NCBI GenBank assembly: GCA_035708065.1
Contig: DASSTC010000043.1
Coordinates: 2,076-66,075, forward strand
Length of the DNA stretch: 64,000 nt
Direction of reading: 5' to 3'
Source: Candidatus Limnocylindria bacterium
GTDB taxonomy: Bacteria; Chloroflexota; Limnocylindria; QHBO01
Shown here: positions 8,509 to 19,342 of the stretch, piece after piece
How the letters are laid out: each line of letters starts with the position of its first letter
Position numbering within the stretch: the stretch's first letter is position 1
Notes under the pieces: model-generated
What the model saw: the letters and a program-made list of their open reading frames with translations, nothing else
Databases searched by the model: none
What the model was told of the DNA's origin: nothing
Position numbers and translations under genes: made by a program

Positions 8509-9690
8509 ATGGCTGCCACCAAGGTCCTGGTCGTCGACGACGACCTGAACATCCAGCGTGTGCTCGTCTTCACGCTGAAGCAGGAAGGCTTCGAGGTGCT
8601 CGTCGCCTCGGATGGCGCGACCGGCGTCGAGATGGCGAAGAACGCGCAGCCGGACCTCATCCTCATGGATGTCGCGATGCCCAAGCTCAACGGCTATGCC
8701 GCGACGCAGCAGATCCGCCTCGCCGAGCAGGGTCACCGCACGCCGATCATCATGCTCACCTCCGAGGCCGACGTCGGCGAGCGTGTCAAAGGACTCCGCG
8801 CCGGGGCGGACGACGACATCGTCAAGCCGTTCCATCCGCTCGAGCTCATGGCGCGCATCAAAGCGCTGCTCGCGCGCAGCGGCGGCGGGTCGAAGGCCGA
8901 GCAGGAGGCTGCCACGCTCGGGCGGCTCTGCGTCTTCTACGGCGCGAAGGGTGGCGTCGGCACGACGACGATCGCGATCAACACCGCCATCGCGCTGGCC
9001 CGCGACATGAAGCGCCGGGTCGGCCTGATCGACGCCAACCTGCAGTTCGGCGACCTGCGCGTCTTCCTGGACCTGGGCCTCGACACCGCGTCGATCGTGA
9101 ACGCGATCGGCGAACCGGACCTCGACAGCGACCTGCTCCACAAGCTCACGGTGAAGCACCACACCGGGATCGAGCTGCTGCCGGCGCCACCCTCGCCGGA
9201 GGCCGCCGACATCGTGGTCGAGCGCCAGCGCCTGCATCCCGAGGCCCTGTCGAACGTCCTGAACCTGTCGCGCAAGCTCTACGACTACACGATGGTCGAC
9301 ATGGTGAAGACCATCGACGACTTCAACCTGCAGCTGTTCGACGAGGCGGACGTGATCTTCGTGGTGATGACCGCCGATCTCTCCTGCCTGAAGAATGTGC
9401 GGCTGGTGCTCGAAACGATGTCGAGCCTCGGCTACGAGCGGAGCAAGGTGCAGCTGGTGCTGAACCGCTCGAACGCGTTCACCGGGATCAACGTCAACAA
9501 CGCCGAGTCGGCGCTCGGCCGCAAGATCGACTACCAGATCATGAATCGCTACGACATCGCCATCAAGGCGCTGAACTCGGGGGAGCCGTTCATGTCCTCG
9601 AGCCCGGATACGCCGCTCGGGCGCAGCGTGATCGAGTTCGCGCGAGCCCTGGACGCGGAGCTCGCCGCCGAGACCGTCGCCGCCGGCTGA
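8509..9690 (+). CDS. response-regulator receiver domain fused to a CpaE/TadZ-like (MinD/ParA-family) ATPase domain
   Basis: The REC domain has DD, the LMDVAMP acceptor Asp, LTS and VKP. The ATPase part has an atypical P-loop, FYGAKGGVGTTTIA, with no GK[ST] lysine. A GAGGA Shine-Dalgarno sequence lies 5 nt before the ATG. Confidence 0.8.
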   Translation: MAATKVLVVDDDLNIQRVLVFTLKQEGFEVLVASDGATGVEMAKNAQPDLILMDVAMPKLNGYAATQQIRLAEQGHRTPIIMLTSEADVGERVKGLRAGADDDIVKPFHPLELMARIKALLARSGGGSKAEQEAATLGRLCVFYGAKGGVGTTTIAINTAIALARDMKRRVGLIDANLQFGDLRVFLDLGLDTASIVNAIGEPDLDSDLLHKLTVKHHTGIELLPAPPSPEAADIVVERQRLHPEALSNVLNLSRKLYDYTMVDMVKTIDDFNLQLFDEADVIFVVMTADLSCLKNVRLVLETMSSLGYERSKVQLVLNRSNAFTGINVNNAESALGRKIDYQIMNRYDIAIKALNSGEPFMSSSPDTPLGRSVIEFARALDAELAAETVAAG

Positions 9691-9714
9691 TCCTTCCCTC
9701 GCACCTTGTGCCTG

Positions 9715-9743
9715 CCGGTAAGCCGGTGGTAATGGCCCGGTAA
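9715..9743 (+). promoter_or_regulatory. conserved 26-nt element, copy A, with three GGTAA boxes phased at 11 bp
   Basis: CCGGTAAGCCGGTGGTAATGGCCCGG spans 9715-9740. GGTAA boxes sit at 9717, 9728 and 9739. A gap of 14 nt separates the block from TAGGCT (9755-9760). The block matches 14431-14456 at 22 of 26 positions. Confidence 0.5.
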
Positions 9744-9754
9744 GGACCGATGCG

Positions 9755-9760
9755 TAGGCT
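9755..9760 (+). promoter_or_regulatory. -10-like hexamer TAGGCT, 5 nt before the in-frame ATG 9766
   Basis: The hexamer lies 14 nt downstream of element copy A. Confidence 0.35.
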
Positions 9761-9852
9761 GGCGCATGCCGGTCGGCGCTGGAGTTTGGGAGGCGAGCAG
9801 GCGCGCGACCGGCATAGTCTCGAGTCCTGCTGCCGCTTCCCGCTGGTGGTCC

Positions 9853-11337
9853 ATGCTGGCGCAGACGCTCAGCGCGTCGGTCCTCGGCGTCGACGGCGTT
9901 CCGGTGCGCGTCGAGGTCGATGTCGCGTTCGGCCTCCCGGGACTGACCATCGTCGGCCTGCCGGGCAGCGCCGTGCAGGAGGCGCGCGAACGGGTGCGCA
10001 GCGCCATCCGCAACAGCGGCTACGAGATTCCTGCCCGTCGGATCACGGTGAACCTCGCCCCGGCCGACCTCCCCAAGGAGGGGACCGGCTATGACCTTGC
10101 GATTGCGGTCGGGATCCTGGCCGCGTCCGGGCAGATCCGGGATCTGGACGTGGAGACCGGCCTCCTCGGCGAGCTCGCGCTGGACGGGTCGTTGCGCCCC
10201 ATCCCGGGCGCCATGGCACTCGTCGCGGCCATCGGCGAGGCAGGCATCCACGGCGTCGTCGTCGCCCCCGGCAACCGCTGGGAGGCGGCAGCGGTGCGCG
10301 GCGTCGCGGTTCATGCCGCCGAAACGCTCGGGCAGGCGATCGGCCATCTGTCGGGTGCGCATCCATTGCCGCCGATCGAGCCGACGCCGTTGAGCGACGC
10401 GGCTCCGACCGATGCCCCGGACCTGTGCGAGGTCGCCGGCCAGCCGCTGGCGCGGAGGGCGCTGGAGATTGCGCTGGCCGGGGGCCACAACCTTGGCCTC
10501 GTCGGACCGCCCGGCGTTGGCAAGACGCTGCTGCTGCGCTGCGCGGCCGGCCTCCTTCCGCCGCTGTGCGATGACGAGGCGGTCGAGGTGAGTCGCATCT
10601 ACTCGGTTGCCGGCCTGGCCGATCGGCGCCGTCCGCTGACCCGCCGGCGACCGTTCCGTGTTCCGCATCACACTATCTCGACCCAGGCCCTTGTCGGCGG
10701 CGGCCCGCGCGTCCGTCCCGGCGAGGCATCGCTGGCGCACCGCGGCGTGTTGTTCCTCGACGAGGCGCTTCAGTTCCGCACCGACGCGCTCGACGCGCTT
10801 CGCCAGCCAATGGAAGCAGGCGTCGTCTCGATCGCGCGTGTCGACGGTGCGCTGCAGCTGCCGGCGCGGTTCACGCTGCTCCTGGCGTTCAATCCGTGCC
10901 CGTGTGGCTGGCGCAACTCCGGGACCGGGCTGTGCCGCTGCGACGATGCGGTGGCGCGCCGGTATGCCATGCGCCTCTCGGCCCCGATGCGGGATCGGAT
11001 CGACCTGTGGGTGCAGATGACCCCGGGAGCGCGACGCCGCACGGCGCTCGATGGGAACGAGGCGAGCAGCGCGGTCGCGCGTCGAATCGCCGCTGCGTGG
11101 CAGCGCCGCCACGACCGGCGGCAGGTCATTCGCCCGGTCGCCGCAGCCCAGACGAGCCTCCAGCGCAAGGTGGCCGCCGAGCTCGAACGATCCGCCCGGC
11201 ACTACCGCCTCTCGGCGCGCCGAGTGGACGGCACGGCCCGCGTCGCCCGGACGATCGCCGACCTCGAGGGCGCTGGGACCGTCAGCGTCGACCATGTCCG
11301 CGAGGCGATCGGCTACCGTGCCAGGGGGGCCGAATGA
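9853..11337 (+). CDS. comM: YifB/ComM-family Mg-chelatase-like AAA+ ATPase
   Basis: MLAQTLSASVLGVDGVPVRVEVDVAFGLPGLTIVGLP is a typical N-terminus, and the Walker A motif GPPGVGKT is present. An in-frame ATG at 9766 is an alternative start, discussed in the findings. Confidence 0.88.
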   Translation: MLAQTLSASVLGVDGVPVRVEVDVAFGLPGLTIVGLPGSAVQEARERVRSAIRNSGYEIPARRITVNLAPADLPKEGTGYDLAIAVGILAASGQIRDLDVETGLLGELALDGSLRPIPGAMALVAAIGEAGIHGVVVAPGNRWEAAAVRGVAVHAAETLGQAIGHLSGAHPLPPIEPTPLSDAAPTDAPDLCEVAGQPLARRALEIALAGGHNLGLVGPPGVGKTLLLRCAAGLLPPLCDDEAVEVSRIYSVAGLADRRRPLTRRRPFRVPHHTISTQALVGGGPRVRPGEASLAHRGVLFLDEALQFRTDALDALRQPMEAGVVSIARVDGALQLPARFTLLLAFNPCPCGWRNSGTGLCRCDDAVARRYAMRLSAPMRDRIDLWVQMTPGARRRTALDGNEASSAVARRIAAAWQRRHDRRQVIRPVAAAQTSLQRKVAAELERSARHYRLSARRVDGTARVARTIADLEGAGTVSVDHVREAIGYRARGAE

Positions 11338-11459
11338 TCGGCGTTGGTCGAGCGTCCGGCGGGCTTGCCGATCAACGTGGAGATCAGCCGGCCGCCGGCG
11401 ACGAAGACACCTCGCAACCCGAGCGCGGCGGTGGCTGGCGCAGCGTGGATCTTGCCGCG

Positions 11460-12593
11460 ATGGATCCGGTTGCCGATCGCCCGTTCTGGCTGGCGCTGTC
11501 GCAGCTGCCCGGAATCGGTCCTGTCGGGTTCGGCAGGCTGCTGCAGCGCTACGGCAGCGCGGCGGCCGCCTGGGCCGCGGGCGCCGACCTGCTGCGCGAG
11601 CTCCCGCGCGTGCCCGAGGACACCGAGCTTGCGCGCCGCCGGCTGCGGCGTGAACGACCGCTCGACATCGCGAAGCGTCTCGAAGCGGCGACCCATCGAA
11701 CCGGTGGAACCATTCTCACCGCGCTGGATGCGGCGTACCCCGCGGCACTGACTGCCCTCGACGTTCGTCCGCCGGTGCTCTACGCCCGCGGCGACCTGGC
11801 TGTCCTGGACGCGCCGTGCGTGGCGATCGTCGGCACACGGCAGGCGAGCGGCTACGGTCGCGCGACGACGACCGAGCTCGCCGACGAGCTGGCCCGCGCC
11901 GGGGTCACCGTCGTCTCGGGGCTTGCCTTGGGGATCGACGGAGAGGCGCACACCGCAGCGATCGCCGCAGGCGGCCGGAGCGTGGCGGTGCTGCCGTCGT
12001 CACTGGATCGCATCTATCCGCCGCGGCATCGGCGGCTCGCCGACGAGCTGGTTGCATCGGGCGGGGCCCTCGTCTCGGAGCTCGCGCCCGGCCAGCCGTC
12101 CGGCCGCCCGGACTTCGCGCGGCGTAACCGGATCATCGCGGGGCTGTCGATGGCGGTGGTTGTCGTCGAGGCGCCCGATCGCAGCGGTGCACTGCTCACC
12201 GCCAGCGCGGCGATCGCCTACGAGAAAGAGCTGTATGCGGTCCCGGGGCCGATCGACGCCGCCACGTCGCGTGGCTGCAACCGCCTGATCGCCGATCAGC
12301 AGGCGACGCTCGTGACCTCGGCCGCCGCGCTGCTCCAGCAGATCGGGGCGCGTCGCGGCGATCGTCCGGTCGCCGTGGCAACGCTCTCCGAGGCGGAGGG
12401 ACAGGTCCTCTACCATCTGCTGCGGCGGAGTGGCTCGATCGAGGAGCTGATGGAGCGGACACAGCTCGCGACAGGAGCGCTGGCGAGCGCGCTGACGCTG
12501 CTCGAGACACGTGGCCTCGCCACTTCGTACGGTGGCGCGACCTTCCATCCGACGCTCGTGGCCCGGCGCATCGGCAGGCGGGAGCCGACATGA
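11460..12593 (+). CDS. dprA: DNA-processing protein DprA
   Basis: WLALSQLPGIGPVGFGRLL, VVSGLALGIDGEAHTAAI and RNRIIAGL are present. An alternative start at ATG 11334 would form an ATGA overlap with comM. Confidence 0.85.
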   Translation: MDPVADRPFWLALSQLPGIGPVGFGRLLQRYGSAAAAWAAGADLLRELPRVPEDTELARRRLRRERPLDIAKRLEAATHRTGGTILTALDAAYPAALTALDVRPPVLYARGDLAVLDAPCVAIVGTRQASGYGRATTTELADELARAGVTVVSGLALGIDGEAHTAAIAAGGRSVAVLPSSLDRIYPPRHRRLADELVASGGALVSELAPGQPSGRPDFARRNRIIAGLSMAVVVVEAPDRSGALLTASAAIAYEKELYAVPGPIDAATSRGCNRLIADQQATLVTSAAALLQQIGARRGDRPVAVATLSEAEGQVLYHLLRRSGSIEELMERTQLATGALASALTLLETRGLATSYGGATFHPTLVARRIGRREPT

Positions 12594-12609
12594 AACGCGG
12601 CCGTCCGGC

Positions 12610-12615
12610 TATACT
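12610..12615 (+). promoter_or_regulatory. -10-like hexamer TATACT in the context GGCTATACT
   Basis: The same 9-mer, GGCTATACT, recurs at 55725-55733 upstream of dxs. A leader with AGGGAG precedes TTG 12681. Confidence 0.4.
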
Positions 12616-12680
12616 GCCGGCGCCATTGCGGCTTCCCCGGTGCCCATCGGGAAGTCAGTCCCGCAGGGAGTCTGTGTCTA

Positions 12681-14375
12681 TTGCATTCGATCCGTAACGT
12701 CCGCGCGGCGCTCCGCGCCCCGTTCGAATCGCTTGGCCTTCTGCTGAGCAAGAATCGAGCCGCTACTCGCGTCTCGATCACCGCCATCGCCCTTTCGCTC
12801 GTCTTCGTGGTCTCCCAGCAGGGAGTCAGCCGCGCAGGACCAGAGCCGGTCGTCGCACCACCGCATTCCATCCTCCCGGCCAACGTCGGTGTAGGGATCG
12901 CGACGAACGCATCGGTGATCATCCCCTTCGACCAGCCCGTCGACCGCACCTCGGTCGCCGCCGGTCTTTCGGTACTGCCCGACGCCTCGGTTGTTTTGCG
13001 CTGGAGCGCCGACAGCCGCAGCGTCGAGCTGATTCCGCAGCGTCGCTGGATGACCGACGAGCGCTACGTTGTGCTGCTGTCCTCCGCGGTTCGCTACGAG
13101 GGCGGCGGCGCGATCGGCCAGGCGAAGCGCCTCAGCTTCACGACCGAGACCGCCCCGACCGTCAGCAACTTCGAGCTGCAGTACGTGCCGCAGGACCCGG
13201 CCGGTCTTGACGGTCGGAAGAGCGACGGCCTGAGCGAGTTCGCACCGCGCGAGAACGGCGTGGTCGCGGGCAGCATCGAGGAACGCTCGCGTGCGCTCGC
13301 GGCCCGAGCGGCGCCGCGCGATACCGCCGACGGCGTGAGCGCGCACACCGAGGTGAGCATCGAGTTCAGCACCCCGATGGACGAGCGGGAGGTCGCCGAG
13401 CATTTCGCGATCAGTCCGCACGTCGACGGTGATATCGCCTGGCGTGGCCGCACCCTCGTCTTCACCCCGGCTGAGCCGTTCCAGGCCGGCGCGCGCTACG
13501 CCATCAGCCTGGCGGGCGTCCACGATCGGCTCGGCAATCCGCTCGGCGGCGATTCGAGCTTCTCGTTCACCACCATCGCTGCCGGCCAGCCGATCAAGGT
13601 CACTCCGAAGGACGGTGAGCGCAACGTGACGTCGCGCGAGGTCTCGCTGTGGTTCTCGCAGCCGATCGACACGACGCGCACCGACAAGGCGTTCTCGCTG
13701 ACCGATCTGGCCACGAAGAAGGCCATCGACGGCAAGCTGACCTGGAACGACGCTCGGACCCAGCTCACCTTCACCGCCGACAGGGCGCTGGCCAAAGGCC
13801 ATCACTTCCGGATCAGCATCGGCGAGGGAGCCGTCGACAGCGACGGCAATGCGGTGAGCGTCGACGCGACATTCAGCACCAAGGCCGCTCCGGCGCCGGC
13901 GCGCTCCGGCACGTCCACGTCCACCCGAAGCCAGACGCGCCCCGTTCCGAAGCCGCCCGGCCCGGCGTCGAGCCTGGTCGGCTACGCGCTCAACCAGGTG
14001 AACGCCGCGCGAGCGGCCTACGGCTTCCGGGCGCTGGGTCTGGACGGCGCGGTATCGGCCGTGGCAAACGCGCACGCCTGGGACATGCTGCGCAATGGCT
14101 ACTTCAGCCACACGGGGCTCGATGGCTCGACGGTGCGCACCCGCCTGTCGCGCGCAGGCGTGCCCTACAGCTACGCGGGCGAGAACATCTGCTACCGCGC
14201 CGGTTTCAGCGTCCAGTCGACCCTGAACTGGTGCCATGCGCAGTTCATGGCGGAGCCCTACCCGGGCTACTACAACCACATCGGCAACATCCTGAACCCC
14301 GATTTCTCGCGTCTGGGTGTCGGGATCGCCGCAAGCGGCAACAAGGTCTACGTGGTCTGGGACTTCACCGGTTGA
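12681..14375 (+). CDS. membrane-anchored protein with three Ig-like (SbsA-type) repeats and a C-terminal CAP/SCP/PR-1 domain
   Basis: The start is TTG, followed by a TM helix. Three repeats end in FDQPVDRTSV, FSTPMDEREV and FSQPIDTTRT. The C-terminus (NAHAWDMLRNGYFSHTG...YAGENI) is CAP-like. Confidence 0.75.
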   Translation: MHSIRNVRAALRAPFESLGLLLSKNRAATRVSITAIALSLVFVVSQQGVSRAGPEPVVAPPHSILPANVGVGIATNASVIIPFDQPVDRTSVAAGLSVLPDASVVLRWSADSRSVELIPQRRWMTDERYVVLLSSAVRYEGGGAIGQAKRLSFTTETAPTVSNFELQYVPQDPAGLDGRKSDGLSEFAPRENGVVAGSIEERSRALAARAAPRDTADGVSAHTEVSIEFSTPMDEREVAEHFAISPHVDGDIAWRGRTLVFTPAEPFQAGARYAISLAGVHDRLGNPLGGDSSFSFTTIAAGQPIKVTPKDGERNVTSREVSLWFSQPIDTTRTDKAFSLTDLATKKAIDGKLTWNDARTQLTFTADRALAKGHHFRISIGEGAVDSDGNAVSVDATFSTKAAPAPARSGTSTSTRSQTRPVPKPPGPASSLVGYALNQVNAARAAYGFRALGLDGAVSAVANAHAWDMLRNGYFSHTGLDGSTVRTRLSRAGVPYSYAGENICYRAGFSVQSTLNWCHAQFMAEPYPGYYNHIGNILNPDFSRLGVGIAASGNKVYVVWDFTG

Positions 14376-14381
14376 CCGATG

Positions 14382-14400
14382 CGGCCGCCTTCGGCGGCCG
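14382..14400 (+). terminator. GC-rich hairpin just after the CAP-domain gene stop
   Basis: CGGCCGCC-ttc-GGCGGCCG forms a perfect 8-bp stem. No U-tract follows. Confidence 0.35.
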
Positions 14401-14423
14401 GTCGACCAGGAGTGATCAGGCCG

Positions 14424-14456
14424 GGTAGGACCGGTAAGCCGTCGGTAACGGTCCGG
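14424..14456 (+). promoter_or_regulatory. conserved 26-nt element, copy B, upstream of topA
   Basis: CCGGTAAGCCGTCGGTAACGGTCCGG spans 14431-14456. GGTAA boxes sit at 14433 and 14444, with a degenerate GGTAG at 14424. A gap of 14 nt separates the block from TACACT (14471-14476). Confidence 0.5.
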
Positions 14457-14470
14457 CGAGAAGCGGGTGC

Positions 14471-14476
14471 TACACT
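14471..14476 (+). promoter_or_regulatory. -10-like hexamer TACACT, 10 nt before topA ATG 14487
   Basis: The hexamer lies 14 nt downstream of element copy B, and no Shine-Dalgarno sequence is present. Confidence 0.4.
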
Positions 14477-14486
14477 CCGCCCTCGT

Positions 14487-16773
<2,287 letters not shown>

Positions 16774-16781
<8 letters not shown>

Positions 16782-17712
16782 CGCGGCGGGTGCCCTGGAG
16801 CGCTTCCTCGGCCACCTCGCCGCCCGCAACGCATCGCCGGGTACCGTCGTAGAGTACCGCCGTCACGCCGGCGAGTTCATCAGCTTCCTGGACGAGGCGA
16901 ACGTTGGCTGGGAGGCACCCGACCGTCACGCCGTGCGACGCTATCTCTCGTCGCTGGCCGACCGCGGCCTCTCTCCATCGGCGGTGGCCGGGCGGGTGGC
17001 TGCGATCCGCGCGTTCTACCGCCACGCGACCCGGGAAGGATGGATCAGCGCCGACCCGCTGGCCGGCGTGCGCAGCCCGAAGCGGCCACGCCGGCTGCCG
17101 AAGGTGCTCTCCGCGGCGCAGGCCGAGCAGCTCGTCGAGGCGCCGGTACACGCGCCGGCTCACGGCGGCAGGGCCGCCGCGCTGCGGCTCCGAGACGCAG
17201 CGCTCCTGGAGCTGCTGTACGCCACCGGGATGCGCATCAGTGAGCTCGCCGGCCTGACGATGCATCGCGTCGACGTCACCAGACGCCGGCTGCGCGTCGT
17301 CGGCAAGGGCAACAAGGAGCGCGAGCTGCTGTTCGGTCGCCACGCCGCGGACGCGCTGGCGCGCTACCTGCGCGACGCCCGCCCGGCCCTCGCGAACCGC
17401 GGCGGCGAAGCCGTGTTCCTGAACGCTTCAGGCTCGCCGCTCAGCGCGCGGGGCGCCCGGCTGGCGGTCGATCGCTGGGTCGCGCGCTCCGGGATCGGCG
17501 TGGGCGCTTCGCCACACACGCTGCGGCACTCATTCGCCACGCATCTGCTCGAGGGTGGCGCCGACCTGCGCAGCGTCCAGGAGCTGCTCGGGCACGCGGA
17601 CCTCGCCACGACCCAGATCTACACCCATCTTTCGGATGCCAGGGTGCGGGAGGTGTACCGCGCCGCGCACCCGCGTTCGGGCCAGGCGGAGGCTGGGCCG
17701 CGGTCGTCGTGA
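16774..17712 (+). CDS. xerC: tyrosine recombinase XerC-like
   Basis: HTLRHSFATHLLEGGADLRSVQELLGHADLATTQIYTH is present. I chose GTG 16774, which overlaps the topA stop by 8 nt. The tracked ATG 16657 lies deep inside topA. Confidence 0.8.
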
Positions 17713-17725
17713 TCGGGTCGCGAGC

Positions 17726-19342
17726 GTGACCAACGCCGGCGCGGCCGCACCGGCGCCCCAATCGAGCGCGCCGAGCACGGCGCGCGTGCTCGTCAACGCG
17801 AGCCTGATCCTGACCGTCGCGGCGCTCGCCAGCCGGCTGCTGGGCTGGGTGCGGCTCCTGGTCATCGGCTCGCAGTTCGGCGCGAGCCGCGAGCTGGATG
17901 CATACTTCGCCGCCTTCCGCATTCCGGACGCGATCTTCCAGCTCGTGGTCGCAGGCGCGCTGTCCGCGGCGCTCATCCCGGTCTTCCAGGGCTATCGCGC
18001 CCGTGAGCAGGAGGGCGAGGCGTGGCGCCTGGCCAGCAGCGTCATCAACCTGGTCGTCATCGCGCTCGCCGGGCTGAGCCTGCTGATGGCCATCTTTGCG
18101 CCCATGATCGTCCCGATCGTGGCGCCCGGCTTCGATGCGCCGACCACCGAGCTCACCGTGCGGATGACCCGCGTGATGCTGCTCAGCCCCGTGTTCATCG
18201 GCATGGGCGCCGTGGTCAGCGGGATCCTCAACTCGTACGAGCGGTTCGCGATCCCGGCCATCGCTCCGCTCATCTACAACCTGGCGATCATTCTGGCGGC
18301 CATCTTCCTGGCGCCGGTGATGGGCGTCGAGGGGCTGGCCGTCGGTGTCGCGGTCGGCTCACTGGCGCACCTCGCCATCCAGCTGCCGAACCTCGGCAGG
18401 GTGGGGCAGCGCTACGACCTGAGCATCGGTCTGCGACATCCGGGCGTGCGCAAGGTTGCCTGGTTGATGGGACCGCGGATGCTGGGACTGGCGGCCGGTC
18501 AGATCAACTTCATCGTCAGCACGGTGCTCGCCTCGGGCCTCGCGGAAGGCAGCATCACCGCGTACAACTACGCGTTCCAGCTCAGCCAGATCCCGGTCGG
18601 CGTGCTGGGCGTGAGCGTCGCGGTCGCGCTCTTCCCGACGTTGTCACGCGATGCGGCGCTTGGCCGCATCAATGAGATCCGGCGCCAGGTGGCGGGCAGC
18701 CTGCGGATCCTGGTCTTCCTGGCCGCGCCCCTGACGGCGATCATGATCGTGCTCGCCGAGCCGCTGGCCGCGGTCTTCTTCCAGTACGGCCTGTTCGGTC
18801 AACGGGCGACCGAGCGGACCGCCAGCGCCCTTGTGTTCTTCAGCATCGGCCTGGGCGGGCACATCGTCGTCCACGTCCTGACGCGTGCCTTCTACGCGAT
18901 GCAGGACACCCGCACGCCGGTGCTGTGGGCGATCCTCGCCGTCGCCATCAACGTGCCGCTGATGATCCTGCTGGTCGGACCGATGGGCGTCGCCGGGCTG
19001 GCCCTGGCGCTGTCGATCAGCGCCGTGCTGGAGGTCATCGGTCTGGTCTGGGCATTGCGCCGGAGGATCGACTCGGTGGAGGAGGCCAGCGTGCTGCGAT
19101 CGGTGGGCCGCTCCGCCGTGGCGGCGGCGGCGGCTGCGCTGCTCATGCTCGGTGGGCTGCGCCTGGTCGAGGACTGGTTCGGGTCGCTGCTCGCCAACGC
19201 GCTCGGCCGGCTGCTGGTGCTCGCCGGGCTGTCGGCAGCGGGGATCGCGATCTTCGTCCTGGTCGCCGCGGCGCTCCACTCGCCGGAGCTGGCGCAGGTA
19301 CGCTCGCAGCTGTCGCGGCGGCTCGGTCGCAACGCGCCATGA
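17726..19342 (+). CDS. murJ: lipid II flippase MurJ (MviN)
   Basis: The N-terminus SRLLGWVRLLVIGSQFGASRELDAYFAAFRIPD is typical of MurJ, and the protein is polytopic. The start is GTG 17726, downstream of the xerC stop. Confidence 0.9.
   Translation: MTNAGAAAPAPQSSAPSTARVLVNASLILTVAALASRLLGWVRLLVIGSQFGASRELDAYFAAFRIPDAIFQLVVAGALSAALIPVFQGYRAREQEGEAWRLASSVINLVVIALAGLSLLMAIFAPMIVPIVAPGFDAPTTELTVRMTRVMLLSPVFIGMGAVVSGILNSYERFAIPAIAPLIYNLAIILAAIFLAPVMGVEGLAVGVAVGSLAHLAIQLPNLGRVGQRYDLSIGLRHPGVRKVAWLMGPRMLGLAAGQINFIVSTVLASGLAEGSITAYNYAFQLSQIPVGVLGVSVAVALFPTLSRDAALGRINEIRRQVAGSLRILVFLAAPLTAIMIVLAEPLAAVFFQYGLFGQRATERTASALVFFSIGLGGHIVVHVLTRAFYAMQDTRTPVLWAILAVAINVPLMILLVGPMGVAGLALALSISAVLEVIGLVWALRRRIDSVEEASVLRSVGRSAVAAAAAALLMLGGLRLVEDWFGSLLANALGRLLVLAGLSAAGIAIFVLVAAALHSPELAQVRSQLSRRLGRNAP

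Noticed and set aside
7914-9743. A 609-aa plus-strand ORF spanning the hydrolase and REC-CpaE genes.
   Set aside because: It is an off-frame read-through of two genes that have clear motifs in other frames. Its translation is Arg/Pro-rich and low-complexity.
9766-9852. An extended ComM N-terminus starting at ATG 9766, which is preceded at 5 nt by TAGGCT.
   Set aside because: It is kept only as an alternative. The 29 extra residues (MPVGAGVWEASRRATGIVSSPAAASRWWS) do not resemble ComM/YifB N-termini. By my count their third-position G+C is clearly lower than in the following codons. MLAQTLSASVLG... fits the family start.
8467-11295. A 942-aa minus-strand ORF. Similar long antisense ORFs are 28899-31568 (889 aa), 41137-43317 (726 aa), 23758-25791 (677 aa), 38169-40181 (670 aa), 55642-57600 (652 aa) and 57597-59174 (525 aa).
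   Set aside because: All lie antisense to genes with strong family signatures: REC-CpaE/comM, aspS, the membrane-protein gene/ruvX, relA, alaS, dxs and tlyA/nadK. All have Arg/Ala/Gly/Pro-biased low-complexity translations, and none shows a motif I can recognise.
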